From Candidatus Bathyarchaeota archaeon (GTDB taxonomy: Archaea; Thermoproteota; Bathyarchaeia; Bathyarchaeales; Bathycorpusculaceae), in the NCBI GenBank assembly GCA_963811105.1, contig CAWEPZ010000002.1, positions 480,001 to 544,000 on the forward strand: 64,000 nt of DNA. The letters run 5' to 3'. Below the pieces are notes generated by a model. It was not told where the DNA came from. It searched no databases and saw only the letters and a program-made list of their open reading frames with translations. Shown here piece by piece: positions 20,832-31,173 of the stretch. Position numbers and translations under genes: made by a program. How positions within the stretch are numbered: the stretch's first letter is position 1; each line of letters starts with the position of its first letter.

Positions 20832-22064
20832 TCATGTGGTTTGGGTTTTGTTTTCTGGGGTGACTTGGTTTTTGGGGATTTTTGAAAAATTGAAGATTAA
20901 ACAAGACGATATCAGGAGGGCGCTTAGCGAATAGAACATTGCATTGTAGTGGAGAATGCTTGAGAGGATTATTCCGCTGATTACGGGTCCTACGGTCTGG
21001 CCGATGTCCATTGTGGTGGCGAGAAATCCTAGTGAGGAGCCGATTTGGGTTGAGGGTACTTGTTCGCAGATTAGAGGTGATGTTGATGATATTACCATTG
21101 CAAATCCTAGTCCGTAGACGATTGAAAGTAGAAGAAGTATTGAAGATTGAGTGGTAAAGGGAAACAAAAGCAAGGTTATGGCGCTAATTATGGAGCCTGT
21201 TATGATTGGTGTTCGTCGTCCAGTTTTGTCTGATATTCTTCCCAGAAATGGCCTTGCAATTATAAGTATAATGATTTGACTGCCCGTGATTATGCTTATT
21301 TGGAGCAAGTTTAGTTTGGCTACATCCAGTAGGTAACCGACCAAGAAAAACTCCACGGCGCCGTAGACGTAATATTGGCTTGCTTGTACCACACCAGTAA
21401 CTATAGCGCCTTTGTTCTTTGCGATTTCGTGCCACCCATGGAAAATGTTGCTTGCTGTTTGTTGGTTCTCGGCTTGTTTTGCTTTTGGGTTTTTTTCTTC
21501 GGTTATGAATAATAATGTAACAATGAAAGCGATGACGCCTGCGATTCCAACTGCCAGATATAGCGTATGGAAGCCATCGTTTGTCAAGAAAAGGATTGCC
21601 CCGCCCAAAAATGGGGCGCTTGCTCGTCCAATAGCGGTAGCTGATTCTAGAATGGAGATGCGTTCTCCCCTTTTTGTTGGATACCGTTCAGCTATGATTG
21701 CTTCAGTAACTGGTATGAAAATTGCTGTCGCAAAACCATGATAGAAACGCACTAGGATCAGCTGCCACCACACAGTTACGAGCAGATAGAGGAAGGGTGC
21801 TGAAGCAAAGACGAAGGCAGCGAAGAGTAGGACTTTTCTTCTGCCAAAAATATCTGAAAGAGAAGCTGCTGGCAAACTTATGAGCATTCCGGGGATGGTT
21901 GAGGCGGAAGCAACGAAGCCCAGCAAGTCAGTGGGAGTTCCCAGACTCTTTGCAAACGGGTTCAAAACGGGATTCTTCGACATTGTTGAGCTTAGAATTG
22001 CGAAAAAGCCCATGATGCACAGTATTAGAAAGAAGCTGATTAGAGTCTGTTTCTTAAGAGACAT
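20832..22064 (-). CDS. MFS transporter
   Basis: About 12 TM segments; motif A copies SLSDIFGRR and GRISDKTGRR. Confidence 0.92.
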   Translation of the reverse strand: MSLKKQTLISFFLILCIMGFFAILSSTMSKNPVLNPFAKSLGTPTDLLGFVASASTIPGMLISLPAASLSDIFGRRKVLLFAAFVFASAPFLYLLVTVWWQLILVRFYHGFATAIFIPVTEAIIAERYPTKRGERISILESATAIGRASAPFLGGAILFLTNDGFHTLYLAVGIAGVIAFIVTLLFITEEKNPKAKQAENQQTASNIFHGWHEIAKNKGAIVTGVVQASQYYVYGAVEFFLVGYLLDVAKLNLLQISIITGSQIIILIIARPFLGRISDKTGRRTPIITGSIISAITLLLFPFTTQSSILLLLSIVYGLGFAMVISSTSPLICEQVPSTQIGSSLGFLATTMDIGQTVGPVISGIILSSILHYNAMFYSLSALLISSCLIFNFSKIPKNQVTPENKTQTT

Positions 22065-22235
22065 GCCAGTTCAAATCGGATTATACTGTGATTTCAAATA
22101 TGTAACTTTCGCAGGTGCTAAGGCAAAAGAAAAAGTGGACAATTGAGTTGCCCACTTAATCGTCCGTCAGAAACTAAATCGATTCTCGAAAACACGCTTC
22201 AGCTTATTTTGTCTAAAACGTTGAGTTGTTGATTT

Positions 22236-22406
22236 TTATTCTTTGGCTTTTTCTTTTAGCTTTCTTACTTCTTCTTGGACTTTGCCTTTCACTTGTTCCA
22301 CTTTGCCCTTAATCTGCTCGTTCTTATCAGCAGTAATTTTGCCTAAGTCTTCACGAATCTTGCCTTTCGTTTTCTGGACCTTGCCCTTTGCTTCTTCGTC
22401 ACTCAC
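22236..22406 (-). CDS. CsbD family stress protein, 56 aa, not in the ORF track
   Basis: GTG start. SDEEAKGKVQKTKGKIREDLGKITADKNEQIKGKVEQVKGKVQEEV. Confidence 0.85.
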   Translation of the reverse strand: MSDEEAKGKVQKTKGKIREDLGKITADKNEQIKGKVEQVKGKVQEEVRKLKEKAKE

Positions 22407-22554
22407 TTAAAAATCCTAAAAAAAACGCTCAAAAAATGGCTAATAAACAAGATTGGTACCAAAGTTGAAGGCAGTCTTGATGTGTCACGTAGTTGCTGGA
22501 AAGCTTACGGTTGGTGAAATCGGGTCAAATGAATACCCCCAATCATGGAATCGA

Positions 22555-22962
22555 TTATTTAGGAGCATTAGATGCGTCAGGAGCATTAGAGGTGCTTGCA
22601 TATCCGGTTGAAAAAGGTGCTTGGAATTTGCCAATGTTCTCTCTGACGATTCCATAAGCTTTTTCTGCTTCCGAGTTAGGTAAATCGCCCAATGCTAGTG
22701 GCTCTCCGCCGAGCCTGAGCGTACATCTGATTGTTGACCTAAGTACTCCTTTTTCCAAAACAACGTTAGATATATCCCGGTAATTATAATCGGTATAGTC
22801 CTTCTTCAAGCCAAGCGCGTGAGGATGCCGCATAATCATGCGTTCGTTAGTAAAGACTACAGAGTCAATATTAATTTGTGGATGGTAGATTTTCTGCTTA
22901 ATATATAACTCAACCTTCTCGTTTGGACCAAGAATTTTCGCTATATCATCAGGAGCATCCAT
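22555..22962 (-). CDS. bacterial-type PH domain-containing protein
   Basis: LGPNEKV...DSVVFTNERMI...KKDYTDYNYRDISNV. Confidence 0.75.
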   Translation of the reverse strand: MDAPDDIAKILGPNEKVELYIKQKIYHPQINIDSVVFTNERMIMRHPHALGLKKDYTDYNYRDISNVVLEKGVLRSTIRCTLRLGGEPLALGDLPNSEAEKAYGIVRENIGKFQAPFSTGYASTSNAPDASNAPK

Positions 22963-23204
22963 AACAATCAACCAACATAGAGTATTTATCAACTGTACAA
23001 TTATGACCAGCCGAGTGATAAATAGCTATGTGACTGCGAGGCTACAAAGACAAGAAGCGGTTAAACAGCAATTCGCCCTTCGGTTGCAGTGAATTGCATT
23101 CACTTTTATGATGAATGTTCTAAATAGAATGATGTTCCTTTCACTGTGACCTCTCAGTCAAAGTCATATAGAATAAATGTAAATTTTAGCGTGAGGTAAA
23201 AAAA

Positions 23205-23447
23205 ATGAGAGCTGGAGCGTTGGGCTTTGGAGTTTTTCTGTTGGTTATTGGTATTGTGGTTTTCTGGATTGGTTATTCGGATTTGCAGCAGTACGGAGGT
23301 TTGCTGGGTCAAATATCGCAGTCTCTTTCCGCGGAGGTTCGAAATAAGGTTGCTCAAGATCAGTTTATGGCGGTTGGCGGGGGAGTCGCGGCGATTATCG
23401 GCTTGGCCATAACAATTTACGGTTTAGCTGCTAATCGAAAAAACTAA
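23205..23447 (+). CDS. small 2-TM membrane protein
   Basis: GAGGT RBS; two hydrophobic segments. Confidence 0.7.
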   Translation: MRAGALGFGVFLLVIGIVVFWIGYSDLQQYGGLLGQISQSLSAEVRNKVAQDQFMAVGGGVAAIIGLAITIYGLAANRKN

Positions 23448-23610
23448 AAACCAAATGAGCGTTAATCGAAAAGCACTTTCCGCCTCCACATTCACATCCG
23501 TAAATCATTTACCTGAAAAAAGATGGCGCGCGCCAAAAGCAATTTTGAAAATGTACTATAGTTCACAATCACAAAAAGTTAATGGGCGCACATTGGGAGA
23601 GCGCTTTGTT

Positions 23611-23928
23611 CTAGATAGCTTCTTGTTTAATAACGGTGATTGTGCATCTTGTCGCTAAAGCTGCGATTGCCCCCAAGGCTGCAAGCCAAGGAGCCAATAG
23701 TGTTCCTACAATACCTGCCCAAGCAGGTATCTCTAAGAGGATCTTACCTGCCTCGTCCTTCACGATGATTCTTGATATGTCCCCTTCATGAATCAGTTCC
23801 TTGATTTTCGCCACAAGATCCTCTGAGCGGACTGTAAACTCTTCTTTTACGCCTACGGGAGCCCCACAGTTTGAACAGAATTTAGCCCCTTCAGACAGGT
23901 CAGCTCCACAACTTGCACACTTAACCAT
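23611..23928 (-). CDS. zinc-ribbon + DUF4342 protein
   Basis: CASCG..AKFCSNCG; LVAKIKELIHEGDISRIIVK...LAPWLAALGAIAALAT. Confidence 0.85.
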   Translation of the reverse strand: MVKCASCGADLSEGAKFCSNCGAPVGVKEEFTVRSEDLVAKIKELIHEGDISRIIVKDEAGKILLEIPAWAGIVGTLLAPWLAALGAIAALATRCTITVIKQEAI

Positions 23929-24399
23929 TTTGCTCTTCTCCTAAAAATATCTAATTAGCTATTTAATTTTAAGCTTTCTGCGATTGTTATTTTAAATATG
24001 GCCAAACCGTGTCTTAGCTTAAGTTTCTTCTCACCTAATCGGGCTCTGTATTGCACTGGAATCTAAATGGTTTGGTATCCTTCGCCGCTCGAATGGTTAA
24101 TATCTGCCAAAAGCGCATCCGACTTAACCAACAAATCATTTGAGGCAAACAAGCCTAAAGAGACGTCACCATAACTATCAATGCGAATCAGCCCATAACT
24201 GGCATAAACACTTTCACCAACGCCATCTACGTGATTGCTACTCGATCAGCGTAGGAAGTTTTTCCCCTTTTCCTTTTCTCTCTTTTTCTCTTTCTCAACG
24301 TTCGATAATGGAAAAAGTCAAAATGCCAAAACCTAGTGACCGATTAAATTATGAAACAATTGGAGTAATAGTGAAGGTGCACTATGTTACCTATGAGCA

Positions 24400-24786
24400 T
24401 TACTTCTTTATCACAAGTACATTACAATAAGCATTGCTAACCACTTGTTTTGAAACGCTCCCCAAAAGAATGGATGTCTTACGTCCTAAGCCTCTGCAGC
24501 CTACCACAATGAGTTCAAAGTTTTCCTGCTTTGCCATGTTTACCAACATTTCAGCAGGATTGGAGCTGAATGCCAATAAACTGTCATGTGCTACATTTTC
24601 TAGTTTCAAATTCTGCTCAGCCTCCATGATGGCAGCTTCAGCCTCTTTTTTATTACCCTTATCGTAGACATTAACTACTTTAACAAAACCTGAAAATTTC
24701 TTGGCAATTGATATTGCTTCTTTGAGAGCTTTTTTTGACTGCAAGGACCCGTCGTAACCAACTAGAATTCTGATTCTGTCATTCAT
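24400..24786 (-). CDS. universal stress protein
   Basis: RILVGYDGS; LIVVGCRG...LLGSVSKQVV. Confidence 0.92.
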   Translation of the reverse strand: MNDRIRILVGYDGSLQSKKALKEAISIAKKFSGFVKVVNVYDKGNKKEAEAAIMEAEQNLKLENVAHDSLLAFSSNPAEMLVNMAKQENFELIVVGCRGLGRKTSILLGSVSKQVVSNAYCNVLVIKK

Positions 24787-25135
24787 AACTATTCATCTTA
24801 AATTAATATGTAGTAAACAGATAATACGTTTTCGATGGTTTGCACAATCTTCGAAGTCGTAAGCTTTGACAAAATTTTTTTCAGCGGGTTTTTTCGGTAG
24901 ATTTACCTAACACTTATCAAGTAAAAAGTCTCTTTTAGATAAAGAGGTTTGCCACTTAAGGAAGGGAAACAGCGACTAACTTTTGCCACTTGCTGCGGAA
25001 GAATGATTGGTGGCGAGTAAAGTTGTAGGTTTGTTTCTGGTAATAGTTAAAAAGAAACTCAAAACGACCAACAAAACAATGATCAAACTAAACAAATCAT
25101 AATAGCACGCTGTCTTGTCCCTAAAATCAATTAAT

Positions 25136-25612
25136 TTATGTCGAGGTAAGACTGAAACTCCAAAGAGAGAGTTTGTTCTCAGCTCCTATCGGATTCTTTA
25201 ATGCCTTTGTTACTGCAAGAGTGCTCACGATATTGCCGTTTGGAAATAGTGCCTTCGTGTTTGCAGCCGCTTTCTCTTCATTACTTCCGTTAAACGTCCA
25301 GAAAAGCCCTACTTTCTTTCTCGAAAGGTCATTTTTCCTCAAGTACGTTCTGAGAGCTGGAGTAGGCATGCCGTTCCATATTGGAGTCCCAAGAACGATC
25401 AAATCATAATTGTTCGGCAGAAACCTCGTTTCCTCAATTTGGGTTTCTTTGCCCTGAGTGGCATCCCGTCCCGCGGTCAGCCAGCCAATCCATCCGCGCC
25501 GATTTTTCTTGTCAATAACCTCTTCAATATCCGCGCCGATTTTTTCGGATACCTTTTGCGCTACGAATTTAGTGTTGCCGCTCCTTGAGTAATAAACAAC
25601 CAATGATTTCAT
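25136..25612 (-). CDS. flavodoxin-like protein
   Basis: MKSLVVYYSRSGNT; YDLIVLGTPIW. Confidence 0.85.
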   Translation of the reverse strand: MKSLVVYYSRSGNTKFVAQKVSEKIGADIEEVIDKKNRRGWIGWLTAGRDATQGKETQIEETRFLPNNYDLIVLGTPIWNGMPTPALRTYLRKNDLSRKKVGLFWTFNGSNEEKAAANTKALFPNGNIVSTLAVTKALKNPIGAENKLSLWSFSLTST

Positions 25613-26047
25613 AGCTTTAGCCTTTGATAACGGTAGTGATTTTCTGTGGATAAGCTTTTCTAATAATCTTAATCGAGCGACATGCCCTCGCTGCAATTTA
25701 AGGACAAACCAACGCGCTACTTTTCGTGTTCGCGCTTCTGATGTTTTCTCAAATCACCTTCAGAGCGAAACCAACAAGTGCAATTCTGATGAGTACATAT
25801 GAAAACCTTTTTTGTTCCGATTTTTGTTTCCTCATGTAGCGTGCGGATACTGTGAACCTTTTCTTTGCTCATGTAATATCAGATCTATTGAGCAAAACAT
25901 CTGGTTCAAGTCTTATAGACGATATTCCAGAAACGGAAATATATCAGAGGTTTTGCGCGCTGGCTTGTCGAGACCGTGTGAAAACTATGTTGTGTTTTCG
26001 AGGAATGAAAAAGTTTTACACGTATAATTAAATGATATTAGCCATAT

Positions 26048-26205
26048 ATGTCTAAGAAAATAGTTTTTGAGCCAGCAACAGAAATCAAAGTCACAGGAAT
26101 AATCGGCTCTTAAAAAGGAAAGTAACTCCTACGGAACAGGTGCAAAAGTCACTTGCCCGAAAGAATACCTCGGAAAAACAGTTTACCTCGTCATAGTAGG
26201 TGAGC
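26048..26205 (+). pseudogene. DUF2080 family small protein, frameshifted
   Basis: MSKKIVFEPATEIKVTGIIG / KRKVTP / YGTGAKVTCPKEYLGKTVYLVIV spread over different frames. Confidence 0.65.
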
Positions 26206-26294
26206 CTGCCGAAGGGAGTTCGCAGTCTACGCGAAATGACATGGCTACTGTAGATTAACAGCACTTTGAAAAATTTTTGAACGAAATTTTCCAC

Positions 26295-27632
26295 TTAGCT
26301 CGGGCATTCGAGGCTTTTAGATTCTTCTTGAATTTTTTCAACTATTACGACCAAACCATCCAGCGCTTTAATTGTGACTTGTTCGCCTTTAGGGATATCT
26401 CCTAATTCTGATTTTGCATGCCAGATTTCTCCAGCAACTCGGACTTCACCTTTTGGGTTAAGGTCGGTAATGGCTATTCCTCTTTTGCCAATCATGGATT
26501 CTACACCTGTTAGTTTGGACCGCTTTCTTAATGGTCCAATTACCCAGCGGAGGTACAACCCAATAATTGTTCCAAACACTACCAGCAAACCAAGTTCAAC
26601 TTCCGCCAACCCATTGATTGGCGAAGGGGAATATTGCATGCCCAGTGAGAGGTAGTAGATGCCGAACGCACCTAGGATTACTCCCGCTATTAGTGCGAAC
26701 CCGTGTCCCAGCTTTAACTCGACAATAATTAGGGCTGCCGCAACAACAAGTATTACTAATCCAAGAGTTGAAGCGCCAATTATCTCCGCTCCCACTAGTC
26801 CGGCAACTATAGCAATAACGCCCAGTATGGTTAGTAATATGGTTGGATGGTAAACATCGAGAACAATCGCAATAATCCCTACAAGAAAGAGTATTCCGTC
26901 TAAAATAGAATTGCTTAAAGCGCTTATTATTTGCTCATAGAGGTCTTCGCTAAGCTTCACCTGAGGGTTGCCAGACAAACCCAACTTGTTAAGAGCATCA
27001 GACAAGGAGGTTGCCGTTCCATCCGCAACATGAACTGATACGGCTTCTTTGGCTGTAAACGCTTGATTAGATTGAACCATGCCATAAACTGCAGTGGTGT
27101 TGCGACCCCAATTTTCTGCAAGGCTTGTGAGTAAACTTAGCATGGCTGCTTGGGTGTGATTTTGCTCTAGGTCTGTGCCGCCAACTATGTAGGGTGTGCT
27201 TGAGCCGATTATTGAGCCAGACGCCATCAAGATTTTGTTTGTTGCCATAGCTATGTAGCAGCCCGCGGAAGAGCCTAATCCGTTGGGTTCAATAAAAGTG
27301 TACGTTGGGATGCCTGATTGATTTGCCGACGTAATAGAAGATAAAATGTTGAGCATATTGCCTAAGCTTCCGCCAGGCGTATTCATTTCAATGACGATAG
27401 CTTCTGCATTTTGGCTCTGGGCTGTAGCGACCACGCGAGAAATGAAAGCCTCTGAACCTGGGTCCACTGGGAGATTAAAATCCGCTACAACAACCGCTTT
27501 TACAGTTGTCGCTGACTGGGAAGGAGCCTGGGCAAAAACAAGTAAGCTGCTTGTCGCAAACAAAAAGAGCCCTGCAAAAAGTAAGCTAAACACTATAGAG
27601 ACGTGGAAAAGTTTTCGTGTTAACGTTGACAT
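26295..27632 (-). CDS. nfeD: NfeD family membrane-bound protease (ClpP-like + NfeD OB domain)
   Basis: IEMNTPGG, SSAGCYIAMA, TM region, TGVESMIGK..LNPKGEVRVAGEIWHA. Confidence 0.88.
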   Translation of the reverse strand: MSTLTRKLFHVSIVFSLLFAGLFLFATSSLLVFAQAPSQSATTVKAVVVADFNLPVDPGSEAFISRVVATAQSQNAEAIVIEMNTPGGSLGNMLNILSSITSANQSGIPTYTFIEPNGLGSSAGCYIAMATNKILMASGSIIGSSTPYIVGGTDLEQNHTQAAMLSLLTSLAENWGRNTTAVYGMVQSNQAFTAKEAVSVHVADGTATSLSDALNKLGLSGNPQVKLSEDLYEQIISALSNSILDGILFLVGIIAIVLDVYHPTILLTILGVIAIVAGLVGAEIIGASTLGLVILVVAAALIIVELKLGHGFALIAGVILGAFGIYYLSLGMQYSPSPINGLAEVELGLLVVFGTIIGLYLRWVIGPLRKRSKLTGVESMIGKRGIAITDLNPKGEVRVAGEIWHAKSELGDIPKGEQVTIKALDGLVVIVEKIQEESKSLECPS

Positions 27633-27796
27633 TTTCTTTGTCTTTGGCTATTTAGCAGGATGCCTATAAGGTTTGGCTTAACTCACAGATCATTCTCAAA
27701 TTGCTTCGTCGAAAAAGTGGTGTTTTTTTAGAATTTACGTTTTTTGGGTAGTATAGATATTAGGTTGGCTTGCTCTTTACTATAGGTGGGTTTGCT

Positions 27797-28213
27797 ATGA
27801 AGTTTAAGTTACAGATATTTACTCAAGATGACATTGAGGGTAACTGTTTAGGTAGGCGCTACCGCTTTGCCGTGGTTGACTCAGATAAGTCTAAAGGGTA
27901 TCCGTCAAATTTTGTCTGCATGTTGCCTTCACAGATAAGTGTTGACCAGAAAAAGAATAGTGTTTTTTCGAAGCTTTTTGAAGACAAATGTGAAGAGCAA
28001 GCTAAAACACTCTTAACGCATGCATTAGTGACTGAACATGATTCTGAAGTTAAAACGGAGATTGAACGGAGATTAAGGTTGCTTGATCCCAAAACGCCTG
28101 GTCAAATAAAATGCAGTTCATGTGGAAAGGTATTCCAGCCTCGACGTATAAGAAAGTTTAAGCGAAATTTCTGCCAAGAATGCATGAATAAAAGGTACGG
28201 CAACCGCGGATAA
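27797..28213 (+). CDS. hypothetical protein with C-terminal Zn finger
   Basis: CSSC...CQEC; GGTGG RBS. Confidence 0.7.
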   Translation: MKFKLQIFTQDDIEGNCLGRRYRFAVVDSDKSKGYPSNFVCMLPSQISVDQKKNSVFSKLFEDKCEEQAKTLLTHALVTEHDSEVKTEIERRLRLLDPKTPGQIKCSSCGKVFQPRRIRKFKRNFCQECMNKRYGNRG

Positions 28214-28465
28214 AGAAGAAATATAAAACATTTCGAATAGAAATTCCGTTTCTTTATGCGAATAGTTGAGCTTATTCGCTTTTTGGGGAAAATTTTTTCT
28301 CTGTGTTTGGGTTGCTTTTTTGAATCTAAGCTTAATCGCTTGCGACAGTGTCTTAGAAATGGCCCTGATCGTCTCGAATTGTCCCCATTCGCCCCCAAGA
28401 ATGGGTTGAAGGTCTTAAAATGAGCTTTAGTACGATTTGAACTCCTTCAGCCGAGGGATATTCAG

Positions 28466-28948
28466 CTAAAAATCTTCTCTGACCAAACGGTACGAGAGCC
28501 ATTCGAGAGGTTTGGCTTTGTTTTTTTCGTAGAATTCTTGTGCGGACTTGTTCCATTTCAAAACAGTAAATTCTATTCTGCCACATCCTTCGAGTGTAGC
28601 TATTTCTTTTAAGTGATCAAACATTCTTTGGCCGATCCCTTTCCTTCTGTATTTTTCAAGAACAAAAATATCTTCAAGGTAAAGTGTTGGTAAGGCAAGA
28701 AAACTCGAATAAGTGAAGAAATAAATTATGTATGATACGCATTTGTTTCCAATTTTTCCAATGAATGCTTCATATTTGGGCTTGTCAGATAGGCAGTCAT
28801 TTCGTAGTCTTCTTCTGGCTTCTTCGTTTGGTGGAGCCAGTTTCTCGTATTCTGCAAGCTTTTCAATTAAGCCTAAGAAATCGTCAAATATTTCTTCATC
28901 AACTTGATGAATAACTAATGAGTTTTCTTCTTTATTCATGAAAGTCAT
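28466..28948 (-). CDS. GNAT N-acetyltransferase (SSAT-like)
   Basis: LAEYEK, LYLEDIFV..YRRKGIG, VLKWN..AQEFY. Confidence 0.9.
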   Translation of the reverse strand: MTFMNKEENSLVIHQVDEEIFDDFLGLIEKLAEYEKLAPPNEEARRRLRNDCLSDKPKYEAFIGKIGNKCVSYIIYFFTYSSFLALPTLYLEDIFVLEKYRRKGIGQRMFDHLKEIATLEGCGRIEFTVLKWNKSAQEFYEKNKAKPLEWLSYRLVREDF

Positions 28949-29201
28949 TGGTTTTTTATAGGATATAAATTTATTTAGACGTACAAAGCAAAAATCATGA
29001 AATTTGGAGTTGAGCTTCCATTCTCCCCTGATTAAGGTAGAAATCAAAATGACCCCTCAACTTCTAGCGAAACAACACGCTTTTCCTTTTTTGTATAAAC
29101 CATTTGGAACTTGATTGAAAGTTAGGCTTACCAAGCTAATCGTTGCTAATGAACCAAACTTAATCCTCTTCGTGCGAAAATTAGCCTAAATGTATCGGTT
29201 G

Positions 29202-29384
29202 TTAAGGCTTTTCTTGTTTAGTTTCTTTGGCTACTAAAACAAGTTTACCACACTCGGTACATTCCCAACAAGTGAGTATCTTGTTTTTGTCATATACAGG
29301 ATTCATTTCTTCCTCGCACTCAGGGCATAATTTTTCCAATGGATTCTTTTTTGACATTTGAATTTCAGACGTTTCAATCGCCAT
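29202..29384 (-). CDS. small zinc-ribbon protein
   Basis: CPEC...CTECG. Confidence 0.55.
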   Translation of the reverse strand: MAIETSEIQMSKKNPLEKLCPECEEEMNPVYDKNKILTCWECTECGKLVLVAKETKQEKP

Positions 29385-29552
29385 TATGTAATATAAACTG
29401 ACTGGTGTTATTCAGAAAAGTAATGAATTTTCCCCATTGGGTGGATATTGTTAGAAAAGTTATAGCTTGAAGAAGATACTATAGATAAAGCGCGGCGGAA
29501 AAAGCTGTTTGAAAAGTAAGCTTATTAGTTGCCGATTTGCCTCTTGAAGATA

Positions 29553-30230
29553 ATGAACGAGTACTCCCTTCATTCAGAAATTAAAAGAATTTACTCACTC
29601 CCTGGAGACCGCTTTGAAGTAAAGTTAGACAACTATATAGTCGACATCTTAAGAGGAGAATTAGTAATTGAAGTTCAAACAAAAAATTTTTCATCCCTCA
29701 AAGAAAAACTCCAAACACTTACCAAGAAATACCAAGTGAGGGTAGTCTATCCTCTACCTGAAAAGAAATGGATAACCTACATTACAAAAGACAATACAGT
29801 TGTGAAGAAGCTCAAATCTCCAAAAAAAGGAAGATTAGCTGACTTGTTTCGAGAGTTGGTCATGATTCCACAGATGATCGGGGATGAGAACTTTTCTTTG
29901 GAAGTCTTGTTCATAGATGAAGAGGAGGTAAGGTGTGATGATGGAAAAGGAAGTTGGAGAAGAAAGGGCGTTAGCATCAAAGAAAGAAGACTGTTGCAGT
30001 TGAACAGTAGAATTCTCTTTCAAAACAAAACTGATTACCTTGAAATGTTGCCCGATGGTCTAAATCAGGTTTTTACCAACAGAGAATTATCCAAACTAGC
30101 CAAAATTTCAATATTGACCGCGAGACAAATGACCTACTGCCTAAGAAAAAGTAACATCATCACAATAACTGAAAAGAATGGAAGAGAACTCACATTCCAG
30201 AAAGTAGGAGAACAAATCAACTTAATTTGA
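29553..30230 (+). CDS. PD-(D/E)XK nuclease-like hypothetical protein with C-terminal HTH
   Basis: NEYSLH, FEVKLDNYIVDI...VIEVQT; FTNRELSKLAKIS...ARQMTYCL. Confidence 0.6.
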   Translation: MNEYSLHSEIKRIYSLPGDRFEVKLDNYIVDILRGELVIEVQTKNFSSLKEKLQTLTKKYQVRVVYPLPEKKWITYITKDNTVVKKLKSPKKGRLADLFRELVMIPQMIGDENFSLEVLFIDEEEVRCDDGKGSWRRKGVSIKERRLLQLNSRILFQNKTDYLEMLPDGLNQVFTNRELSKLAKISILTARQMTYCLRKSNIITITEKNGRELTFQKVGEQINLI

Positions 30231-30240
30231 GGAATATCTT

Positions 30241-30693
30241 AAGAACAGCAATCCAAGAATATTCCACATAAGCCACAAACTGATCGGCATGCTACACCAA
30301 CTGCCAAGAAACCACGGAAAATATGTCTTTGCTAAACCTAAGATGCCGCTTGATAATTTCAGAGACAACTACGCCGACCAACGAGACCCCATAGCGGAAA
30401 AAGTCCAAAATCCACGCCTAAGCAAAATCATGTTCAAGACAATGCGAACCTGAAAAGGAACCATGGAATTCCATCGCACAAAAGACGTGCATCGCGTCAT
30501 TCAAGTGATAGGTCACAAAAACATCAAAAATACGCTAATTTACATTCAACTCGAAGAGGCACTATTCAACCACCAGTCATCTTTATTTTCAAAAGTAGCT
30601 AAGACGGAAGCCGAAGCCTGCGTACTAATTGATGCAGAATTTGTGTTTGTCTGCGATTTTGATGGTCATAAACTATTCAGGAAGAGAAAATAA
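30241..30693 (+). pseudogene. tyrosine integrase C-terminal remnant (older element)
   Basis: KNSNPRIF...NPRLSKIMFKTMRT*KGTMEFHRTKD...GHKNIKNTLIY. TGA at 30451 replaces a probable Trp; the 5' part is missing. Confidence 0.8.
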
Positions 30694-30725
30694 AATGAAA
30701 AGCTCGAATTTGACGTCAGACATCG

Positions 30726-30752
30726 CCGGGGCAAACCCCCGGTATTTTATTT
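30726..30752 (+). terminator. GC hairpin followed by T-rich tract
   Basis: ccgggg-caaac-ccccgg then tattttattt. Confidence 0.4.
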
Positions 30753-30878
30753 ATAAGTGGTGCCGGGGGTGGGACTTGAATGTGGGGAAGGAGAACTTCC
30801 GGCACCACATGGATTTTCTTTCGTGAAAGAAACTCCAGGCAAAGAAAGCATATGACTTAGGTTTTTTTGATTTTCCAT
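30747..30878 (-). CDS. intN: N-terminal fragment of an SSV-type split integrase
   Basis: GGAGA RBS + ATG. MENQKNLSHMLSLPGVSFTKENPCGAGSSPSPH-SSPTPGT-TYK*; the att core is read in the same frame as in intC. Confidence 0.8.
   Translation of the reverse strand: MENQKNLSHMLSLPGVSFTKENPCGAGSSPSPHSSPTPGTTYK
30760..30780. repeat. att direct repeat (copy of tRNA-Leu 3' end)
   Basis: gtgccgggggtgggacttgaa is identical to 44766-44786. Confidence 0.95.
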
Positions 30879-30969
30879 GTTTTGTTTCTCCGTATCAAAC
30901 GCTGATACACTGCTGTATTAGGCGACAGTTAAATATAAGCGTATCGTAATTTGATACACAGGTGAAAGA

Positions 30970-31170
30970 ATGCATACTGGAATATTAAGCGACAGAGAAC
31001 GTGCTGTGCTTAGGCAGTATTTACAAAAAGGGGAAAAAGGTGAAGGTTTCAGGGTCTTGAAAATGAGACTAAAGCGAAACTATTCGCGCATTGAAGAGGA
31101 TTTCCAGCTGATCAAGTTAGTGAAAGAAAAGCTACAGTCTTTGTCATTAGATGAACTAGGTAAAAAATAA
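30970..31170 (+). CDS. small basic hypothetical protein, divergent from intN (possible regulator)
   Basis: GGTGA RBS with a TATA-like ttaaatata upstream. Confidence 0.7.
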   Translation: MHTGILSDRERAVLRQYLQKGEKGEGFRVLKMRLKRNYSRIEEDFQLIKLVKEKLQSLSLDELGKK

Positions 31171-31173
31171 AAG

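Noticed and set aside
23108-23149. Possible C/D box sRNA (ATGATGA ... ATGATGT)
   Set aside because: No canonical CTGA D or D' boxes.
30758-30808. Second tRNA gene
   Set aside because: Only the 3' 21-23 nt are present; this is the att repeat.
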